The notes beneath the pieces were generated by a model. It did no database searches, had not been told where the DNA came from, and worked only from the letters and a program-made list of their open reading frames with translations. A stretch of DNA of 16,921 nucleotides from Chlamydiota bacterium (lineage in GTDB: Bacteria; Auribacterota; Tritonobacteria; UBA1439): assembly GCA_037133055.1 (NCBI GenBank), contig JBAXOY010000066.1:1-16921 (forward strand), read 5' to 3'. Positions 8,038 through 13,948 of the stretch are shown piece by piece. A program made the translations under genes and the position numbers. The stretch's first letter is position 1. Each line of letters opens with the position of its first letter.

Positions 8038-9528
8038 TTAATAAAAATAGCCCCCATTGAATAGCTCTATGGAGAGCGGAATATATTTCCCGCTTTTTAC
8101 ATCATACGCCATAATGGGCGTTTCTTTAAGGCGGTTCCATCGCCGGTATCCGGCCAGGGCGTAATATATTTCGGTGTATCGAGTAACGGGCCTTCCAGTC
8201 TTGTCGATGAGAAGAAGCCCTTTGCCCTCTTCTGTATGCGTTAACCAGAAGCGCAATGATTCTGCAGCGGTGGGCTTGACGTCATACCATACTTGGACGC
8301 GATACATGCTGGGCTTGGCAAGACCCGAAAGATTTTCCGTATAGGCCAGCAGATGATGGATCGGGAGGAGCGCGCACATCAGTATGCCGGTCCATGTAAA
8401 CACCAGGGACCGGGTTTCCCGACCGGACATATAATACCAGACGACCGCGTAGAGGGCATAGAATGCCGCCAGCGCTCCCGTGCACCGGCGGATACCGGGC
8501 GCGTTCGCGTCCAGATTGGGAAGAATAAGATTGATGGCGAGCAACAACCAGCACAGAAGCAGAATCGACCGGAACGATCTTTTCGTAAAGAACAAGACCA
8601 ACCCCGCGGTCATTACAAATACCACAGGCACGATCCCGGTAACGCCGGAAAATTCAGTGCGTGAAAGCTCGAGATGATACCCCTGACCTTTCACAAACAG
8701 TTCACTCACGACAACCTTCAGGCATCTGATGAGATTGGACAGATCCGGATGCATGCCCCCTCCGCCGCGGAATATGCCTCTTGTCGTAAGTGGGTCATAC
8801 ACAAGAATGCTCCTGTTCGTTACATACAGGAAGCCGGCTGCCAAGGGTGCAAGGAAGGCGGTGATGCTTAAAAGCGCATTTCCCGTTACATACAGGGCGC
8901 CGCGCGGTTTCGCCCCTTGCCCAAGCTGTCGAAAATACAGAATAATCATAATCGGCAGGTAGAGGACAAAAACAGGATACGACGTGCACGCCAGCATAAC
9001 CAGTCCCCAGAGCATTATCTGCACGGCGACAACCGGCCATTTTGTATCGAAATCGAGCTTCGTTATCAGAAAGAGACAAATGGGGAAGTACTGAAGGTCA
9101 AAGCCGAGGCCGCCTTGCATCATGTTGAAATAGAGAAAAATCGGCGAGAGGCAGATAGTCATAAGGGGAAGCCATGCCCTGCGTGCGCCCATCACGTTCC
9201 GCAGCACGTGTGCAAGGCAAAAGATCGAAACAAGATCGATTGCCAGCCTGACGATCTTGGCCGTGTGAAGTTCAAAGCCAACGCAGTTATACACACAGAG
9301 CAACAGACCGTACCACCCGATGTTGGTTGACGCTCCGTTGTAGACAGTGCGGTGCTGCAGCAGGTACACGTTGCGAACTGATTCCATCAGTTCTTCATAA
9401 CAGATCTGATTCATGGAGCGGAGAGAATATATGACCTGCAATCCGAAAAGCAACGCGGCGAGCAGCCAGTAGAGGGAATCCCCGGCGCCCGCCCTTTCCG
9501 GAAAATACTTCCTTGGCAAATTCCGCAT
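8038..9528 (-). CDS. Lower-GC GT-C-like multi-TM protein (putative glycosyltransferase)
   Basis: This is the coherent C-terminal ~496 aa of the track's 1107-aa ORF. The start is probably ATG 9528 (alternative ATG 9558). TM1 is followed by acidic YEE, then ArnT-like GFELHTAKIVRLAIDLVSIFCL...GARRAWL and multiple TM helices. Base composition is visibly more AT-rich than the neighbours. Confidence 0.7.
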   Translation of the reverse strand: MRNLPRKYFPERAGAGDSLYWLLAALLFGLQVIYSLRSMNQICYEELMESVRNVYLLQHRTVYNGASTNIGWYGLLLCVYNCVGFELHTAKIVRLAIDLVSIFCLAHVLRNVMGARRAWLPLMTICLSPIFLYFNMMQGGLGFDLQYFPICLFLITKLDFDTKWPVVAVQIMLWGLVMLACTSYPVFVLYLPIMIILYFRQLGQGAKPRGALYVTGNALLSITAFLAPLAAGFLYVTNRSILVYDPLTTRGIFRGGGGMHPDLSNLIRCLKVVVSELFVKGQGYHLELSRTEFSGVTGIVPVVFVMTAGLVLFFTKRSFRSILLLCWLLLAINLILPNLDANAPGIRRCTGALAAFYALYAVVWYYMSGRETRSLVFTWTGILMCALLPIHHLLAYTENLSGLAKPSMYRVQVWYDVKPTAAESLRFWLTHTEEGKGLLLIDKTGRPVTRYTEIYYALAGYRRWNRLKETPIMAYDVKSGKYIPLSIELFNGGYFY

Positions 9529-9585
9529 GGAATTGGGATCCCACCCCGATCTGTTCATCTCCCCGGCGAGGCATGCATTCAACAG

Positions 9586-9613
9586 GTCATCCCGGCGAAA
9601 GCCTTGATCCGGG
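9586..9613 (+). repeat. REP-like extragenic palindrome (GTCATCCCGGC-GAAA-GCC-TTGAT-CCGGG)
   Basis: GTCAT lead-in, inner GGC-GAAA-GCC hairpin and outer CCCGG/CCGGG pairing. It is 15/17 identical to the reverse complement of 11709-11725. Confidence 0.6.
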
Positions 9614-9614
9614 T

Positions 9615-11465
9615 CTAGCGCGGCATACTTTGATGTCGGATCTCCGCCCCCTGAAACATCCCCGGCGGGGGCGCCGCCATTGCCTTCTCGATCCACTCGA
9701 TCTTCGCGCGGATGTCCTTCCCCTCCGGCATGATCTTCGCCGCGAGGCGATACTCCCCGAGCGCGAGGGGCAGATAGCCCCTCCCCATTCTTGAATAGCA
9801 GTAGCCGAGCATCAGGCGCGAGTTCAGGTTCCATGTCTCCCCGCCGAGGCTCCTCTTCAGTTCCTCCACCACTGCCCCCGCGGTCATCGGGTTCGCGACA
9901 AGCGGGTCGAGGTAGGCGAACTTCGGGTCCCCGGGGCGGATGAAGCGGTAGCGGTGTCGCCGAATCAGGTCTTCGTTCTGCGGCGTATTCCTGAGATAGA
10001 CCATCGCCCGGTCGTCGAAGAAGACCAGCGCCCAACCGGGGTTTTCGTCGAGGTAGCGGGTGGTGTAGTTCGGCTCCCGGTCGATGACGGCGCAGGTGAT
10101 GCCGTAGTTCCCGACGTACCACTCCCAGACCTCCGGCTGCCAGTAGAGCATGTAGGTTTTCAGAAACCCCGTCCCGTACATCTCCACTCTCCCGTCCACG
10201 AAGACGCGCGTGCGCGGGTAGAGCCGCCATATCAGGTACCCGCCGATCCCGTACGAATTGAAGATCGGCCCCTCCACCCGGTTCCGCTCGACGAAATCCA
10301 CCGCCTGCACCGGGAAGAGCTTCCAGTTCACGCCGAGGCCGAACGCGTAGTCGCGGCTGAAGTGCCCCGTGTCCCTGAACAGGAACCAGACCGTGAAGGC
10401 GACCGCGGCGCATGCGGCGGCGAGCTGGATCCACGCCCCGTTCCGTTTCCACGACGCCCGGACGCCTTCCCGCGACGCCCACGGCGAGAGCGCGCGCCGG
10501 AGGCGGGGGGCGATGATCGGCACGGAGACCATCGCGAAGAACGGGAGGCTTCGCGGCGCGTCCACGGACATGGCGCCGAGGGCGAGGAAGAGCGCGAGAT
10601 CGGTGAAATCGGTCCTCTTCCGGGAGCAGACGAGGAGGGCGGCCCCGGCGGCTAGGAGCGCCCCGTGCACGCCGAAGATATCGCTCGCGTCCATGCGGCG
10701 CCATTCCACGATGAGCCGGAATATCGGGTCGCGGCTCATGAGAAAATAGAAGACGACGCGGTGCGTGTTCGGGTTCACGAACGCGAAGGCGAACGCGGCC
10801 AGCGCCGAGACGGCGAGCCGCGCCGCGTCTCGCGGGGAACGGCGCGGCGCGGCCCCGGGCGGACACAGGGTGTTCAGGGCCTCCCCGAGGGTAAAGCAGA
10901 AGAGGAGCACGAGGCCGACCACGGACCCGCCGCCGTAGAGATTGGCCCACAGGAGCTGGAGCGGAGGGAAGAGGAGGAGCAGCCGGTTCCCTCCCCTCCC
11001 GCCCTTCCACCGGGAGAAGATGAAGAGGTACAGCGCCGTGAGGAGGAACGAGCAGGTCTCCGGCCGCACGTAGAACCTCGACCGGCTTGCGAAGACCGCG
11101 ACGAGCGTCACCGCCGTCGCGATGATCCGCCCCCCGCCCGCCGCGCGCGCCGCCAGGAGGACGAGCCAGAATGAAAACGTGATGACGGAGGCGTTCATGA
11201 GGATCATCCCCGGGGTGCCGAACACGCGGTAGAGGGCGTAGCCGACGACGTCCGCGAGCCAGTAGTGCGCGACCCACGGGAGCGTGGCGGTGTAGGAGAA
11301 GACGTCCGAGCGGGGGACGAGCCGGTGCTCGATGATGTATTTCCCCGTGGCGAGGTGCCACCAGTAGTCGTGCTCGGTGATGTCGAAGACCGCCAGGCAG
11401 AACGTCGCCAGAAGAAAGATGGCGGTGAACGGCACGACGGGGGCTCTCCGATCAGGCATCGTCAT
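9615..11465 (-). CDS. Multi-TM GT-C-like membrane protein (DxWWHL family) with a C-terminal TPR-like helical region
   Basis: Start at ATG 11465 (or 11459), about 616 aa. HDYWWHLATGKYI...DVFSYTA..W.AHYWL after TM1, then RPE, LWANLYGG, NP...IVEW and FNSYGIGGYLIW...VFVDGRVEMY. The C-terminus is TPR-like (LMLGYCY...ALGEYRLAAKIMPE). Confidence 0.75.
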   Translation of the reverse strand: MTMPDRRAPVVPFTAIFLLATFCLAVFDITEHDYWWHLATGKYIIEHRLVPRSDVFSYTATLPWVAHYWLADVVGYALYRVFGTPGMILMNASVITFSFWLVLLAARAAGGGRIIATAVTLVAVFASRSRFYVRPETCSFLLTALYLFIFSRWKGGRGGNRLLLLFPPLQLLWANLYGGGSVVGLVLLFCFTLGEALNTLCPPGAAPRRSPRDAARLAVSALAAFAFAFVNPNTHRVVFYFLMSRDPIFRLIVEWRRMDASDIFGVHGALLAAGAALLVCSRKRTDFTDLALFLALGAMSVDAPRSLPFFAMVSVPIIAPRLRRALSPWASREGVRASWKRNGAWIQLAAACAAVAFTVWFLFRDTGHFSRDYAFGLGVNWKLFPVQAVDFVERNRVEGPIFNSYGIGGYLIWRLYPRTRVFVDGRVEMYGTGFLKTYMLYWQPEVWEWYVGNYGITCAVIDREPNYTTRYLDENPGWALVFFDDRAMVYLRNTPQNEDLIRRHRYRFIRPGDPKFAYLDPLVANPMTAGAVVEELKRSLGGETWNLNSRLMLGYCYSRMGRGYLPLALGEYRLAAKIMPEGKDIRAKIEWIEKAMAAPPPGMFQGAEIRHQSMPR

Positions 11466-11510
11466 GGTGTTGTATCCGATTGAGAGTTCAGGATTCGGTA
11501 AACATTTTGA

Positions 11511-11616
11511 ATCCGCATGCATTCGCGGTTGAAATTTTGAGAAGAGGAACCGCTAATGGACGCTAATGAACGCGAATCACGAAGAAAGATTAGCGTATAC
11601 TCGCGTGCATTCGCGG
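11511..11616. repeat. Degenerate 10-bp tandem repeats in inverted arms (CGCTAATGRA / ATTCGCGTGC type)
   Basis: Left arm 11550-11577 CCGCTAATGGACGCTAATGAACGCGAAT and right arm 11589-11616 ATTAGCGTATACTCGCGTGCATTCGCGG are 21/28 complementary with an 11-nt loop. An extra right-type arm lies at 11511-11530. Confidence 0.75.
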
Positions 11617-11650
11617 CGATCCGTACCCATTTTTTATGTCGTATTTTTGT

Positions 11651-11686
11651 ATCCTGCCTATCCTGACGATCTGCGTTCATCTGCGG
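11651..11686. repeat. Short tandem repeats ATCCTGnnn x2 and ATCTGCGnnn x2
   Basis: ATCCTGCCT-ATCCTG-ACG-ATCTGCGTTC-ATCTGCGG on the + strand; CCGCAGATGAACGCAGAT...CAGGATAGGCAGGAT on the minus strand. Confidence 0.65.
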
Positions 11687-11700
11687 GCTACGTTAAAGCA

Positions 11701-11725
11701 GGATTCCTGCGTTCGCAGGGATGAC
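11701..11725 (-). repeat. REP-like extragenic palindrome (GTCATCCCTGC-GAAC-GCAGGAATCC)
   Basis: 8-bp stem (one non-Watson-Crick pair) with a 4-nt loop, GTCAT lead-in and AATCC tail. It resembles the widespread GTCATTCCCGCGNANGCGGGAATCC-type palindromes. Confidence 0.72.
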
Positions 11726-11760
11726 ATGAAATACGCGCTCGCCTCGTTATCCTATCATAG

Positions 11761-11788
11761 TTGGGATTTGGGGTTTGGGGTTTGGGAT
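11761..11788 (+). repeat. Heptamer tandem repeat (TTGGGRT) x4
   Basis: TTGGGAT-TTGGGGT-TTGGGGT-TTGGGAT, starting 5 nt past the stop codon of the O-antigen-ligase-like gene. Confidence 0.9.
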
Positions 11789-11793
11789 TTTTT

Positions 11794-13932
11794 CTACCGC
11801 CCCAGAGCCGACGCGGCCGCAGGAAAATCGGGATACCGCGTCTGCACGGCCCTGAACTCTTCCCGCGCCCGGTCCATGTCGCCGCGCGCACGCGCCTCCC
11901 TCCCGCGCCGCAGCCGTTCCGCGATCCAGTCCCGTCCCGCGAGGCCGATGAAACTCTCACGCGCCGGCAGCGTCCCCGGTGGGCGCGGCCCGGTCGCGAG
12001 GCGGAGGTTATAGGCCGCCGCCTCGCCGCCCCCGCGCGCGCGGGCGGCGCTGAACTCCCGTTCGGCCCCTCCCCTGTCGCCTCGCGCCGCGCATGCGATC
12101 CCAAGCCCGTTCCGGAGCATCCAGTCGGAACCATGCCTGCGCACCCCCTCGCGGAGAAGGCGCAGCGCCTCCTCATCGCGCCCCCGGCGCGCGAGCGACT
12201 CCGCGAGGCGGACCCGCGCCTCCGCCGAGTCGTGGCGCTCGAGCGCGACGGCGGCCCGGAGATGGCGTTCCGACTCCCGCTCCATGCCGAGCCGGTCGTA
12301 CAGGATGCCGAGCTTCGTGCGGGCGTGCGCGTCGAACGGTTTGAGCTCAAGCTTCCGCTGATACGCCGCGATCGCCCCGGGCGTCGACCCGCACCGCTCC
12401 TCCGCCTCGCCGAGGAGGTCATAGGCCTCTGGTTCGGTGACCGAGTACGTGAAAGCCTCCCGGCACCGGGCGCGCACCCGCTCCCACGCCCCGGCATAGG
12501 ACGCGTAGCGCGCCTCGACGTACGGCACCTCGCCCCGGAGCGGCCTCGCCGCGAGGGGAAGCAGGGCGAGTCCCGCCGCGAGCGCGATAAGGGCCAGGAG
12601 CGCCCGCACCGGCGGCGGCACAGCGGCGCACGAAACGCGGCAGGACCGGCTGGCGGTCCCGCTCCCGACGAAGGCGAGGAGGAGGGCGAAGCTCACCGTC
12701 GAGGCGGGGACGCGGAACGGGTAGCTGACCATCCCCTGCCCCAGCATCGCGGCGACGCCGCAGACGGCGCCGACGTTCAGCGCCGTCTCCCGCGGCCCCG
12801 CGCCGCAGGCGAGGTTCCTCGCCGCCTGCGCGAAGAAGCGGACGAGGAGCACCACGAGGAGGGCGAGCCCGATCAGCCCCGTCTCGATCCAGGTTCCGAG
12901 GACCTCGTTGTGCGCGAAGTTCCCCTCGTACACGGTCACGCCGCCCTCCGGAACGCCGTCCGGGAAATTCGCGGCGATGATTTTCGTGAGGTGGTCCGGG
13001 ATGTACGGCTGGAAGCTGTTCAGGCCGTGCCCGACGAACGGCTTCTCCCGGATCATGGCCCACGACGCCCTCCAGTAGAGGGAGCGGGTCTTCATGCCCG
13101 TGTAATCGGCGGCCACGGTGTGCCGGTTCGCGAAAAGGAACACGCCGAGGGCTGCGAAGAGAAGGGCGAGGAGCGCCGCGAGCGGCCGCGTCGCGGCATG
13201 GAGACGGCACCGCCCCCTCGCGAGCGAGACGCACACGCCGACGGAAATGCTCCAGCCGAACCATCCCCCCCATGACACGGTGAAGAGAAGGCAGAGAAAG
13301 GAAACGGCGGCGACGGCCCCGAGCAGAGCCCGGGAGCGGCCCCCCGGGGCGTGCCAGACGAAGAGGGCGAGCGCCATCGGGAAAAGGCCCACGATGAAGT
13401 CCGCGAGGTAGTTCGGGTTGAGCATCGTGGCGTACACGCGCGTGCCGAGCCCGGTGCCCCAGGGGCTCTGCACCGAGAAAAGCCCCGCGTAGTGCCCGAT
13501 GCCGAGGAGGCAGATCGCCGAGAGGCCGGCCAGGGCGCCCGCGGCGAGGAAAAGCCTGCGCGCGGGGCTGTCGGCGGAGGAGACGATCGCGGCGTAGAGG
13601 AGGGCGAGGAGGAGGAGCTCGTACAGGCGCCCGCGCACGTAATACCGGTCCGGCCCGATCCACAGGGAGAGGCACGACCACAGGAGAAGGAGCGCGAGCG
13701 GGAGGTTGATTGCGTTGCGTCGGAAGGACGCCTCTCCCGAGGAGAAAAACGCGGCGAGGCGGAGGGAGGAGGCGACGATCGCCACGGCCCCCACCAGGAC
13801 CCACTTGATGAGCCCGTACGGGTCCTTCGGCCACCAGGCGAGCGGCACGAGGACGAACAGCGCCGAGACGCCGATGACGACGGCCCAGGCCGAGATGCGG
13901 GGGAAATCGACGGCCCGGGATCCGGTGGTCAT
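11794..13932 (-). CDS. O-antigen ligase / O-oligosaccharyltransferase-like (Wzy_C) membrane protein with C-terminal TPRs
   Basis: Start at ATG 13932 with a GGGGAG RBS, about 712 aa. RVYATMLNPNYLA, R..YWRASWAMIREKPFVGHGLNSF and AHNEVL..WIETGLIGL (catalytic His motif). TPRs include AYDLLGEA..., ARTKLGILYDRLG and LRNGLGIA. Confidence 0.85.
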   Translation of the reverse strand: MTTGSRAVDFPRISAWAVVIGVSALFVLVPLAWWPKDPYGLIKWVLVGAVAIVASSLRLAAFFSSGEASFRRNAINLPLALLLLWSCLSLWIGPDRYYVRGRLYELLLLALLYAAIVSSADSPARRLFLAAGALAGLSAICLLGIGHYAGLFSVQSPWGTGLGTRVYATMLNPNYLADFIVGLFPMALALFVWHAPGGRSRALLGAVAAVSFLCLLFTVSWGGWFGWSISVGVCVSLARGRCRLHAATRPLAALLALLFAALGVFLFANRHTVAADYTGMKTRSLYWRASWAMIREKPFVGHGLNSFQPYIPDHLTKIIAANFPDGVPEGGVTVYEGNFAHNEVLGTWIETGLIGLALLVVLLVRFFAQAARNLACGAGPRETALNVGAVCGVAAMLGQGMVSYPFRVPASTVSFALLLAFVGSGTASRSCRVSCAAVPPPVRALLALIALAAGLALLPLAARPLRGEVPYVEARYASYAGAWERVRARCREAFTYSVTEPEAYDLLGEAEERCGSTPGAIAAYQRKLELKPFDAHARTKLGILYDRLGMERESERHLRAAVALERHDSAEARVRLAESLARRGRDEEALRLLREGVRRHGSDWMLRNGLGIACAARGDRGGAEREFSAARARGGGEAAAYNLRLATGPRPPGTLPARESFIGLAGRDWIAERLRRGREARARGDMDRAREEFRAVQTRYPDFPAAASALGR

Positions 13933-13948
13933 GGTCGCGCTCCCCGTG

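Noticed and set aside
8038..11361. 1107-aa ORF as a single giant gene or frameshift fusion
   Set aside because: Its first ~600 codons are Arg/Pro/Gly-rich out-of-frame read-through of the real 9615..11465 gene. Only 8038..~9528 looks like protein, and no slippery site was identified.
11511..11793. CRISPR array or structured ncRNA/tRNA
   Set aside because: The repeats are 7-10-bp tandem or inverted units without unique ~30-nt spacers. No cas genes, cloverleaf or recognisable riboswitch consensus were seen.
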